Below, piece after piece: positions 40,216 to 51,799 of a DNA stretch of 57,454 nt. Within the stretch, counting starts at the first letter, position 1; each line of letters starts with the position of its first letter. The stretch comes from Octopus sinensis (taxonomy: Eukaryota). The DNA is taken from NCBI RefSeq assembly GCF_006345805.1, contig NW_021834416.1:1-57454 (forward strand), in the 5' to 3' direction. Both the position numbers and the translations under genes were made by a program. The notes under the pieces were generated by a model, which saw nothing but the letters and a program-made list of their open reading frames with translations, did no database searches and was not told where the DNA came from.

Positions 40216-40792
40216 CCTAAACGCAACGCCTCTATGTACAAGCATTTATTATGTTTCTGCATATAAAATATAGACGTGTTTATTCGGACTGGTGCATATG
40301 TATAAGGGGTGGGCTTTCGGGTGGCTGGAAAAATAGAGATGCAGATATTCGGATAGATGTAATATGTGGATGCTGATATTCGGGTGGAGGTTAATGCAGA
40401 GGTAAATGTTTGGGTCGAAGGAAAAAAACATAGATGTTGATATTCGGGTAGATGTAAATATAGATATCGATATCGGGGTGTATGTAAAACTAGATGTAAA
40501 TATTCGGGTGAATTTGCATGTTGATATTAAGGTCGATATCGTTTTTGGCTACATGGTCATTGGCTGGAAGGGAAAAGGTGCTGCAATTTTCGGGTATTTT
40601 CGAAAAGCACCATGGTAAAATACATCGGACCATATTGGAAAGCTGCGTGTGATAGGCTGTGTCTTTCGCCAGTATGATATTCGTCTCTCATCACTGCAAC
40701 TTGAGCGGTACGATTTATTCAGCATCACTTTAAAATATCTATACAATTTAGCACAATCAATTTAATCGATTCCAGTTCTTGATTGGTAGCAA

Positions 40793-40824
<32 letters not shown>

Positions 40825-41375
40825 GAGTGAGAGAGCAGTGCATGCCATCAAAGTGACACTGGGGTAAAATATACGAAGCCCAGTATACCCATCATGACTA
40901 CACGTCTAAGAGTACACCAGGCACATGCATCATAACCCTATGTGCGCGACATGGTGATCTCATATCAAGATAAACAGCGCATGACCTTCCGGGTGGGGCC
41001 TAGTTAGAATTTTCTTCTGGTCGAGTAACCCAACCCGCTTAAAAGGTCCCTGAATAAAGATTGTTTAAGGATGTTGAACGAAACACCCATGTTTCCAGAT
41101 GTGAATTATTCAAACCCCAAAGAATCCCTCTCAACAGATAGCCATGATGCTCCCCCACTACTTCTGCTCGTGATCAGGGATGCAAATTTCGTCAGCCACT
41201 AAGGGACATGCTCAACAAGTTAAGGTCAAACAACTGACGAGAAAATCTGTGGTATTGAGCAGAATATTTGCTGTAGCCCATCTTTTATACCAAGACAAAA
41301 CAATGAACATGATAACACTCCCAATCAGTTAAGATCAGAAGCCATGAGAGCCACTGCCTGGTAATGCATCAGGGC
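40825..41375. mobile_element. ~550-bp non-coding element inserted in an (ATT)n tract
   Basis: Complex sequence with (ATT)n immediately on both sides; I recognise it as a common octopus repeat (recollection, not verified). Confidence 0.65.
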
Positions 41376-41467
41376 ATTTATTATTATTATTATTATCATT
41401 ATTATTATTATTATCGACGAATGGCGAAAAAAATTGACTGCCACAGGATTTGAAGTGATGTAATATA

Positions 41468-41862
41468 ATAATGATTTAAAATTTGGGGCAATTTGGGACA
41501 GGGGATTAAGTCGATTACATCGACCCCAGTGCGTATCTGGTACTTATTCAATCAACCCCGAGAGGATGGAAGGCAAAACCGACCTCAGCGGAATTTGAAC
41601 TCAGACTCGAGAGATGGGCGAAATACCTATTTCTTTATTACCTACAAGGGGCTAAACATAGAGGGGACAAACAAGGACAGACATAGGCATTAATTCGATT
41701 ATATCGACTCCCCAGTGCGTAACTGGTACTTATTTAATCGACCCCGAAAGGATGAAAGGCAAAGTCGACCTCGGCGGAATTTGAACTCATAACGTAACGG
41801 CAAACGAAATACCGCAAAGCATTTCGCCAGGCGCGCTAACGATTCTACCAGTTCGACGCCTT
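41468..41862 (-). mobile_element. Family A SINE dimer
   Basis: Junction AAAGAAATA|GGTATTTCG at 41627/8; outer TSD GTGATG(T/G)AATATA at 41455-41467 and 41863-41875. Confidence 0.88.
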
Positions 41863-41889
41863 GTGATGGAATATAATAACGCAAGCCAG

Positions 41890-42290
41890 AACACATGGTT
41901 CCGGGTTCAGTCCCACTGCGTGGTACCTTGGTCTAGTGTCTTCTATTATGGCTGACCAAATTCTTATGAGTGGATTTTGGTCGACGGAAGCTGAAAGAAA
42001 CCCGTCATATAGATTTTATCTGTGTGTATGTGTGTGTTGGTGTGTACGTGTGTGTGTGTTTGTGTTTGTATGTGTGTGTGTGTATCTTTGTATATGTGTG
42101 AGTGTATGCATATGCGCTTGCGTTTGTCTTCGTGTCTTTTTGTTTCTGAGTACTGTTTCACAATCGGTCAGACTTCAAACAGAAAAGTACAAGAGTCAAT
42201 TTGTTCGATTAAACCCTTCAGTGCAGTGCCCCAGCATGACCGCAGTCCAATGACTGAAGCAATTAAAAGATAAAAGATAAAAAGAAAAGA
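41890..42290 (+). mobile_element. Family B SINE, 5' truncated
   Basis: Consensus match from ACATGGTTCCGGGTTCAGTCC to the AAAAGAT tail. Confidence 0.85.
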
Positions 42291-42824
42291 AAAGAAATTT
42301 CTAGTCTTCAAAGAGTCTTCAACGTTTCTTTGATCAAATCTCAAACGAAGAATACAGAGATGGTGCCGTATCCAATAATATCTCCGCAGCCTAGTTTCTT
42401 TCACAGAAATTGGGTAGGAATCGGTCGCTAAGTCTTAAGAAGAGAAATACTTTATTTATTGAGCTGACCTCAAAGTTTGGTTAGTGTTTAGTGAACGTGA
42501 AATTCTATCAAATAAATAAATGTTTTTGCGTTTATAGTTTGAAGACGTTTGAAAATTATGTATTACATGAACGTTTGTAGTAAAATATAATGTCATTAAT
42601 TTTCGTCGCTGGTTCATTTAATGTCTACCAGACCTTTGAATGCAAGAAGAAATAGGGTTTGACAGCCAATATTAATCATTGGTTTCGTTACACAAACGTA
42701 TGCATATATACTCACAGATGTATATACACATACATAAACATTACAAGCAGTATATAAATATGCATATGTGTAAGTATATGTGTGTATATACATACACACA
42801 CACACACATCTATATATATATTCT

Positions 42825-43424
42825 TTTATTTGTTTTAGTCATTTGATTGTGGCCATGCTGGAGCACCACCTTTAGTTGAAAAAAATCGACCCCAGGACTT
42901 ATTCATTGTAAGCGTGCTACTTATTTTATCGTTCTCTTTTGCCGAACTGCTAAGTTACGACGACAAACACAGACACACAAACATATACATACATATATAC
43001 ATATACGATGGGCTTCTTTCAGCTTCCGTCTACCAAATTCACTCACAAGGCTTTTGTCGGCCCGAGACTATAGCAGAAGACATTTGTCCAAGGTGCCACG
43101 CAATGGGACCGAACCCGGAACATGTGGTTGGGAAGCTACTTACCTCACAGCCACTCCTGAGTCTATAGCCCTTCTACGCCTATGATATACTCTTTACTCT
43201 TTTACTTGTTTCAGTCATTTGACTGCGGCCATGCTGGAGCACCGCCTTTAATCGAGCAACTCGACCCGGGACTTATTCTTTTGTAAGCCCAGTACTTATT
43301 CAATCGGTCTTCTTTTGCCGAACCGTAAGTAACGGGGACTTAAACACACCAGCATCGGTTGTCAAGCAATGCTAGAGGGGACAAACACAGACACACAAAT
43401 ACACACACACACATTATATATATA

Positions 43425-43462
<38 letters not shown>

Positions 43463-43618
43463 GACAGGCTTCTTTCAGTTCGTCTACAAATCCACTCACA
43501 AGGCTTGGTCGGCCCGAGGCTACAGTAGAAGACACTTGCCCAAGGTGCCACGCAGTGGGACTGAACCCGGAACCATGAGGCTGGTAAACAAGCTACTTAC
43601 CACACAGCCACTCCTGCG

Positions 43619-43620
<2 letters not shown>
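42825..43620 (-). mobile_element. Two tandem family B SINEs (42825-43165, 43190-43620)
   Basis: Reverse complement of consensus twice. Confidence 0.9.
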
Positions 43621-43714
<94 letters not shown>

Positions 43715-43793
43715 GAAATTAAAACGTATGTATGTATACATTATATACATATAAGATGTGTGTAGGTGTGTGTATCTGTGTTTGTGTGTGTCC

Positions 43794-43829
<36 letters not shown>

Positions 43830-44084
43830 TTCATATGAGAGTCGAAAACAATCTTCAGAAACTGTTATTGTGAGTTTCACGTTACTGTTCGTTGGATAGT
43901 TGTGATAAGTCTCCTCTGAGGGACAGATTTTTTTTTCACCTTTAATAAACAGCATATTATTTTACCTTTGATATTTGAGTACTGTCTTAGTCAACGTGTT
44001 TTGTATTTATGCGCTTACTTGTCGGTGTGTGTGTATGCGTGTGTGTGTGTGTGTGTGTGTACACATACACACGCACACACACAT

Positions 44085-46341
44085 AATGTATGTCTAAAAG
44101 AAACAAAAATTTTTAAGAAGGGTGCCAGGGAGATGGTCCAGTGGTGTGATCGTAACTGCATCGCTATGTACAGGTGAGTTTGGCTGTCGGTGTAACGGTT
44201 TAACACTCCACATCAATTAGTCCAGCCGCACATGCTTAAATAAATATATCTTTTATGCACTTGGAGATTTGTCAACTGTGAGGACTTTGGGAAAGCAGCG
44301 CGTACATGTGACATTTTGTTTTGAATTAGGGAAAAATCTCGTTTTACAAAATCTTTTCTTGTGCTGCAACATATCTTTGAGCGGATTACCTGAAAAATCT
44401 GCAATGTCAGCAGTATAAATATTTCAAAGCTGGAAGGAGATCGATCGAAGCCTGTCCCATGTCTCGATAACCTTCCACAACAATGGAAGACGGCGATATT
44501 ACAAAATTACTTATTCTGACGTGGAATTCATTGCCTGAACGTCCGTGACATTTTCGAAGTAGGAAGTATGTTTAAAAGTCTTAGTCACATGAAGACGCAT
44601 TATATTGATTTCAAATCTTGGCACAAGGCCAGCGGTTTCGTGGGATGGTGTAAGTCGGTTGCATCGACTCCAGGCAAAGTCGACCTCGGCGGAATTTGAA
44701 CTCAGAACGTAGCGGCAGACGAAATACCGCTAAGCATTTCGCCCGGCGTGCTAACGTTTCTGCCAGCTCGCCGCCTTATTAAAATACCTATTTCTTTACT
44801 ACCCACAAGGGGCTAAACACAGAGAGGACAAACAAGGACAGACAAACGGATTAAGTCGATTATATCGACTCCAGTGCGTAACTGGTACTTATTTAATCGA
44901 CCCCGAAAGGATGAAAGGCAAAGTCAACCTCAGTGGCATTTGAACTCAGAACGTAAAGACAGTCGACATGCTGCCAAGCTTTTCGTTTGGCGTGGTAACG
45001 ATTCTGCCTGCCCGCCGACTTTTTAGAAAACACATTATATTAACTTCGATTTTTGGAACAAGGCTAGCAATTTTGGAGAACGGGAAAGTCGATTACATCG
45101 ACCCCGCAAAAGTATAAAAGGCAAAGGAACTTAGAACGTAAAGACGGACGATATACCGGTAATCACTTTGTCCAGTGTGCTAACCGCCTTATGAGAAGGT
45201 CCATTGTATTCTTTTCTATTCTAGGCACAAGACCTGAAATTTTGGAGGAGGGGGTCTAGTCGATTAGATCGACCCCAGTACACAACTTGAAAATAATTTA
45301 TCGACCCCGAAAGAATGAAAGGCAAAGCCGACCTCGGCGGAATTTGAACTCAGAACGTAAAGACAGACGAAATACCGCTAAGCATTTTTCGCCGGCGTGC
45401 TAACGTTTCTTATTTCTTTATTGCCCACAAGGGGCTAAACATAGAGAGGAGAAGCAAGGACAGACAAAGAGATTAAGTCGATAACATCGACCCCAGTGCG
45501 CAACTGGTACTTATTCAATCGGCCCCAAAAGGATGAAAGGCAAAGTCGACCTCGGCGGAATTTGAACTCAAAACGTAAAGACAAACGAAATACCGCTTTG
45601 CTCGTTCGAATCCTGATGAACCTTTCTGAAATATACAGTAACAAGTGTCGAAAACTAGGAGTAAAGCTTCAAAGTCGAAACAAAAAGCAGTCGACGCGGA
45701 GGGTTGAATCAAGTTCACCATCACTAAACATTAAACAAATTTTTTTAAAATATACGTCGGAGATTTTAAGATATAAAAGTAATGTTTTGATAGGAAAAAG
45801 ATTGTTCATGAAAGTTCGCCCCGCGTATTCGAATGATAACAAAAGAGTTTTACTTGAATGGTTTGATGTGTATGAGAAAGGTAGTTCTGAGACAAAAGGC
45901 TCAAGACACGGAGAAACATAATCGGGATACTGCACCACGACAGCGAACCTGTTGACGTCATAATTTCTCACCGGCAAATGAGGAGACGACTCTCCTCCCC
46001 AGCCACTATACTCTCCGGAATTTGCTCCACTGGCTGTTTTCTTCCCAAAATTTGAAATCCAAACTGAAAGGTCTCCGATTTCAGGCAATGGAAGACATAG
46101 GAGAAAATTTACTAAAAGAACTACGCACTACTCCCATATATGCCAGTCACTACACGCAGAAATATGAAAACGAGTTCTAGGACTCGTTGAAAAATTCGAA
46201 AGGGTGTTGGGAACATCATAGGTATATCAGCAGCGGAGGGAAATATTTTGAAGGGAAAATATTCGATTAAATTCTTAAATTTTAAGTAAAACAATAAATA
46301 TATATTTTTAAGAAGTTCGGTTTCTTTTTCGACAGACCTCA
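44085..46341 (+). mobile_element. Near full-length decayed mariner (irritans-like) interrupted by a SINE cluster
   Basis: Both TIRs (TGTCTAAAAGAAACAAAAATTTTTAA ~44090; GAAGTTCGGTTTCTTTTTCGACAGACCTCA+TA 46312-46343); broken frames KQRVHVTFCFELGK, FKAGRRSIE...PST, CLNVRDIFEVG, FLKYTVTSVEN, VETKKQS, HEFAPR..KEFYL, PQPLYSPEFAP, LKGLRFQAMEDI, ISSGGKYFEG; ~1.26 kb after removing the insert. Confidence 0.85.
44600..45597 (-). mobile_element. Cluster of about five co-oriented family A SINE units inside the mariner
   Basis: Repeated core GACCCCGAAAGGATGAAAGGCAAAGTCGACCTCGGCGGAATTTGAACTCAGAACG. Confidence 0.9.
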
Positions 46342-47106
46342 TATACATACATGCATGCATGCATGCATGCATACATACATACATACTACATACATACATA
46401 CACACATACATATATACATACATAAATATATATACACACATCCATCCATACATACATGCATACATAATGCATACATACATACATACATACATACATACAT
46501 ACATACATACATACATACATACATACATACTGGGGAGCTGGGATATGTAACACACTGCCTAAATACCAATTCTGAGAGGCTTCTCAAAACCAGAAAGAAA
46601 GCTGATTCAAAGAATACAGATCCAAGCCATCACTGGAACTGTAAAACAATAAAACTTTCCAGAAGTTTATCATTGAAGCATATGTGAGCATGTCTAGACA
46701 TGGAAACTATATGCATGAAAATATATACATAAAACAAAACATACAAAGCTGCACATACGTACATGCTTGCATTACATACATACATACATACTGTTAATGT
46801 TAAAATTCCAATGAAGGCGCCTTGGATCTAAGTTAGAAACCATCTCTTTCTCTATTGGCAAGAAATCTTGAAATAAAACTGAGCAATGGCATACATAAAT
46901 ACATAGATATGTACGTATATAAAAAATATTTTTAATCATAAATGATCTAAGAAAAACATCGATGGCATTTATGTATACATAAACATAGGTCTATCAAATA
47001 CCATACAACAAGGATTCTTAGTTTATTAAAATTATTTCCTCCTCCATATGATGTATCATAATTACCAAATAGCAGTTAAAACCAGCTCCACTTTAGAAGA
47101 TAACTC

Positions 47107-47592
47107 GAGAATCAAGAATTTTTCCATAACTGACGTGCTATTAAGGAAAAGAAAAAAAGATAGTCTTATTGTCAGGAGAAATGTGTTTCTGGTTCATTAG
47201 CCATCATCAGCTTGACAACTGTCCGGTTTTATCTCCAGCAGTCAAAGAACCAAGACTTTTACAAAACAGAGTAGAAAACATCCGCGGTCAAGGTAATTTG
47301 TATAATTAAAACGAAAACTGAACCAAGAGAAATAGCTAAAAGTAGCCAGTGGTATGTATTCAAACATGGACAAATACATCTATATGAATTGCCCAGGCAA
47401 TAAATGATTTCTACTCTGTTTTGTAAAAGTCTAAGTCCATTGTCCACTGTAGGTAAGTTCAGACCACTGTCGTGCTGAAGACATCGTTTGACCCAGAAAC
47501 ACTTATCCAAGACTGACCTTTTATCTCCATACAATTAGTATATTCTTTTTCCTTTTAATAAGCATGTCAGCTTTGGAGAATCCTTGATTCTT
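47107..47592. other. Long imperfect inverted repeat (arms ~200 bp, loop ~65 bp)
   Basis: Left arm ~47107-47310 aligns to the reverse complement of ~47375-47592; near-perfect core AGACTTTTACAAAACAGAGTAGAAA. Confidence 0.85.
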
Positions 47593-48059
47593 GGGGCTGT
47601 CTCCCCTTCCCGAGAGTCGCTGGTCTTAATTGCCATTTGGTAATTATGATACATCCTCTGGTGGCAGAGACAGTTTTATTAAATCAACAATTTGCGTTGT
47701 ATGGTATTCGATATACCTGTATTTGTCTATGTCAATAAAATATTCACGAGATAATACTCTGATACCATTCAGCTGGCTGCGAGAAAATTTATGAGAAAAG
47801 TTATGTAATATACAATAGATATTTATTTTTATACTTTTGCATTGATTTCAGTCATTGAACTGAAACCGATACAATGCCAGGGCACCGCCTTGAAATGTTT
47901 TGTCGATCATATCGCCTCCAGCACACACTTCAGTCTGACACATTTTTTATTAATCACTATTTATCGAGCGGCTACGTTTCCTATTTTATTCACTTAAATG
48001 AATACAACTCGAAATGCTGTTTTAGGCTACTTTACACAAGCACATGCCCATGCAGACAC

Positions 48060-48093
<34 letters not shown>

Positions 48094-48102
48094 CTCTATC
48101 TC

Positions 48103-48145
<43 letters not shown>

Positions 48146-48148
<3 letters not shown>

Positions 48149-48341
48149 CCCTCTACACACGCAATTTTTTTCTCTCCTTGTTTCTCCCCTTGTTTCTTTT
48201 CTGTGTATCTTTCTGTCGAAGAGCGTAGGCTCGAAACGTAAAAGACTGTGTTTATTTATATCCTGAGCGCCATACTAATACAATTGTTTGTTTTACTTCC
48301 ACCCGCCCTTCGTTTTTTGTTTATTTTCGTAAACCTTTCCG

Positions 48342-48342
<1 letters not shown>
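48146..48342 (+). mobile_element. Penelope-type LTR-like segment within (TA)n
   Basis: Collinear with the reverse complement of 53373-53562; carries a hammerhead motif. Confidence 0.7.
48208..48245 (+). ncRNA. Minimal type I hammerhead ribozyme motif, variant core
   Basis: TCTTT-CTGTCGA-A-GAGC(GTAG)GCTC-GAAA-C-GTA-AAAGA: 5-bp stem I, 4-bp stem II, palindromic ACGU stem III, predicted cleavage after 48240. Confidence 0.65.
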
Positions 48343-48373
<31 letters not shown>

Positions 48374-48446
48374 CTCTCTCTCGCTCTCTTTCTTTCTCTC
48401 TCTCTCTCTCTCTCTCTTCTCTTTGTCTCAGATTTAATGATGGTTA

Positions 48447-48855
48447 CATCTATTCTTTTACTCTTTTACTTGTTTCAGTCATTTGAATGTGTCCATGCTG
48501 GAGCATCGCCTTTAGTCGAGCAAATCGACCCCAGGACTTATTCTTTGGAAGCCTAGTACTTATTCTATCGGTCTTTTTTGCCGAACCACTCAGTTACGGG
48601 GACATAAACACACCAGCATCGGTTGTCAAGCGATATTGGGGAGGACAAACACAGACACACAAACATATACACACACATTTATATATACATATATACGACG
48701 GGCTTCTTTCAGTTTCCATCTACCAAATCCACTCACAAGGCTTTGGTCGACCCGAGGCTAGAGTAGAAGACACTTGCTCAAGGAGCCACGCAGTGGACTG
48801 AACCCGAACCCATGTGGTTGATAAACAAGCTACTTACCACACAGCCACTTCCTAC
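48447..48855 (-). mobile_element. Family B SINE, full length
   Basis: Reverse complement of consensus. Confidence 0.92.
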
Positions 48856-48891
48856 ATACATATATATATATATATATAAATAATATATATA

Positions 48892-48927
<36 letters not shown>

Positions 48928-48934
48928 ATATATA

Positions 48935-48966
<32 letters not shown>

Positions 48967-49119
48967 TATGTGTATATTAATATATATAATATATATCTTT
49001 ATATAGAAATAATTGATCCATTCAGAAATGCTGCTATGGTTATAAAGTTTGCTATGCAAATTCGATAACCTCATGTTCAAGTTCAATCCCATTGCACGGT
49101 ACCTTGGAAAATTAAAAAG

Positions 49120-49300
49120 CGTTAAAGAAGTACACCTACTTGGGACACACAGTAAGAATGGACGCTGAAATCTCGAACGATGGTGAGGCGTTTACTCCAA
49201 CAAAAGATGCACCCAAAATAAAGCTGGACAAGACCCTAAGTGCCTCGCTTTTTCTCAAAAATCTCATTGTCGCTCCACCTTATAACAGCCAACTTTCCAG
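49120..49300 (+). pseudogene. RTE-clade LINE reverse-transcriptase C-terminal relic
   Basis: KKYTYLGHTVRMDAEIS...GEAFTPTKDAPKIKLDKTLSASLF resembles the RTE pattern EYxYLG..EIxRR..GW.AF..IKDVLK.KLDK.LRA.LF. Confidence 0.7.
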
Positions 49301-49372
49301 AAATCGCAATTTACATTATCAAATTGTGGACGGGTTCATTGGACAATTTTGTCGTAGATATATAGAAATACG

Positions 49373-49636
49373 TGGAGGCGCGTGGCTTAGTGGTCAGGGT
49401 GTCAGTATCATGATCGTAAGATTGTGGTTTCGATTCCTGGATCGGGCGATGCGTTGTGTTCTTGAGCAAAACACTTCATTTCACGTTGCTCTAGTCCACT
49501 CAGCTGGCAAAAATGAGTAACGCTGCGATGGACTGGCGTCCTGTCCAGCTGGGGAACGCATACGCCATAGAAACCGGGAAACCAGGCCCATGAGCCTGGC
49601 TAGGCTTTAAAAGGGCGCATTTATTTACTTTTTTAT
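49373..49636 (+). mobile_element. Family D SINE (CORE-like middle + Meta-like 3' part), full length
   Basis: tRNA-like A/B boxes; exact TSD TAGAAATACG at 49363-49372 and 49637-49646. Confidence 0.93.
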
Positions 49637-51190
49637 TTAGAAATACGGGACGATTAAGGTAGGAACGCTTTTGATCATAAAACTTGGTCAGGACTGATTC
49701 GGGGCATCACCAAAAAAAAAAAGAAAGAAAAAACAAAAGAAAAAAAGTAAACATCACCAACATCGGCAGTAACAACACGAACAAGATTAAGAGCAAGCTA
49801 CATGTAGGACTAACAAACTAAGGGTGATGATTTCAAACTAATTACGTCTCGTTCAGTTTGGAACTGATTCAGCAAGAAAAGAGAGATTTCCTGAGAACAG
49901 CAAGATAATGGATAATCAGCGAAACCGAGAAGACGGAAGACAATTATTGTAGTATCTGATTACTTTTGATATCTATTATTAGATGGTATCCATAATACAC
50001 GCTCTCACAAATCAAAGAAGGAGGCAAAATTGCTTCCATAGCCGAGTAAATAGCGTGTTTCCTTTGTCGCCGTTTTATTTAATCAAGACCGTCGTTGCTC
50101 AACTTTCAGTATTGGTGAAATAAAATATATTGTAAATAGAATTATCATTTGAAGACAACTTCACGAAACACACAACGTTTTGACCACATGTCGTCGTCGT
50201 CGTAGAGGTTTCGCCTGAAGCCTGCCCCTATTCAACACCTATCATCAGAGGTGCTTCAGCAGAATTTATTTTATTTTTGTCCATTTCGATCTATTTTATC
50301 CAACGTGTCCTTTCCAGATCAACCGATTGATTAGAGCTTGCCTCGATGGTTTTTTGATCCGCCAATAGACTCTCACTGACAAGGCTTAAGACTAAACTAT
50401 TTTATCAAATTAGATGATATAAATCAAATTCACTCCAGCAGTATGACATTATTTACTCTGTCTTATATCTACAGTGGAAGTAAGATACATAGCGGATGTG
50501 ACTGTCAGTTAAAGAAAAGGCAATTAGTTTTTGTTATTCAAGCCATCACCAACTCGAAGAAAACGATAAGGATAGAGAGGGGATTATGTCCCACAATTTG
50601 TTTTACAAAATGTGGTCGGCTTATCACTAAACATGTAAATTAAGTTTGATAAATTAATTCTCAATATATAGAAGTTATCTCACTTTTTCATTGACAGTCA
50701 CTAATTTTTATTCTGTTTTTCTCCTACAAAGAGGCTTACAGTTTTTATGTTTTTTTCTCCTTTTTTCGTCATTGCGTGCAGCATTCGGTTGACCCACTTA
50801 ACGACGACTTAACGTATTGAGGATATACGGACAACTTTAAATATACGCCAAAAGACAGCAAGAAGATGGGGAAATCCCTTGTAATTTCTTTTGTTGCCCT
50901 CTCTACCTAATAGGGAGTTTTCTTGTTGACATTTTATTGTTTTATCTGCGTAGCATATTATCCTACGTACGATTTTCTGATTTCATGAAATATGAAACCT
51001 TTCCCCAAAATATTTGAAACAATAAGTTGTAATGAGAGAGAAAATAAAAGAGAAACTCTTCTTTAAATGAACTTGACTGAATGCATCTGCAAGAACAGGG
51101 AACGTGATGTTGCATCAGTCGTATTCATAAAGCTGAATAGAATTTACAAACCAAATACTGTAGATTTGATCTGCACAACTTGATCCTTAA

Positions 51191-51799
51191 ATTGCGGCGA
51201 GCTGGCAGAAACGTTAGCATGCCGGGCGAAATGCTTACCGGTATTTCGTCGGCCGCTACGTTCTGAGTTCAAATTGCGCCGAGGTCGACTTTGCCTTTCA
51301 TCCTTTCGGGGTCGATAAATTAAGTACCAGTTACGCACTGGGGTCGATATAATCGACTTAATATCTATGTCTGTCAATGTTTGTCCCCTCTGTGTTTAGC
51401 CCCTTGTGGGTAATAAAGAAATAGGTATTTCGTCTGCCGCTACGTTCTGAGTTCAAATTCCGCCGAGGTCGACTTTGCCTTTCATACTTTCGGGGTCGAT
51501 TAAATAAGTACCAGTTACGCACCGGGGTCGATATAATCCACTTAATACCTATGTCTGTCTTTGTTTGTCCCCTCTATGTTTAGCCCCTTGTGTACCGTAA
51601 AGAAATAGGTATTTCGTCAACCGTTACGTTCTGAGTTCACATTCCGCTGAGGTCGACTTTGTCTTTCATCCTTTCGGGGTCGATAAGTTAAGTACTAGTT
51701 ACGCACTGGGGTCGATGTAATCGACTTAATTCCTTTGTCTGTCCTTGTTTGTCTCCTCTATGTTTAGCCCCTTGTGGGTAATAAATTTTTTTAAAAATA
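51191..51799 (+). mobile_element. Family A SINE trimer inserted as one unit
   Basis: Units start at 51194, 51424 and 51608; exact 16-bp TSD ACAACTTGATCCTTAA at 51175-51190 and 51800-51815. Confidence 0.93.

Noticed and set aside
44118-44173. Exon candidate with a perfect CAG|GTGAGT donor (GAREMVQWCDRNCIAMYR)
   Set aside because: Falls between the 5' TIR and the transposase start of the decayed mariner and has a poor acceptor; most likely transposon UTR.
45496-45921. 141-aa ORF as a novel gene
   Set aside because: Chimeric read-through of SINE sequence into the frameshifted mariner relic.
47259-47534. 91-aa ORF across the inverted repeat
   Set aside because: Aligned arms show many non-synonymous differences and no recognisable domain; structure explains the region better.
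49140-49520. 126-aa ORF as a host gene
   Set aside because: First half is an RTE RT relic, second half runs into a family D SINE.
50203-50251. - strand CTGATGA ... CAGGC-GAAAC hammerhead candidate
   Set aside because: No stem II partner next to A9, no NUH after stem III, no stem I.
50818-50820. In-frame TGA as selenocysteine
   Set aside because: No selenoprotein homology, no redox motif and no SECIS identifiable; the exon itself is unproven.
51191-51799. 184-bp periodic array as CRISPR or satellite
   Set aside because: Units are whole SINE bodies without spacers and are bounded by a TSD.
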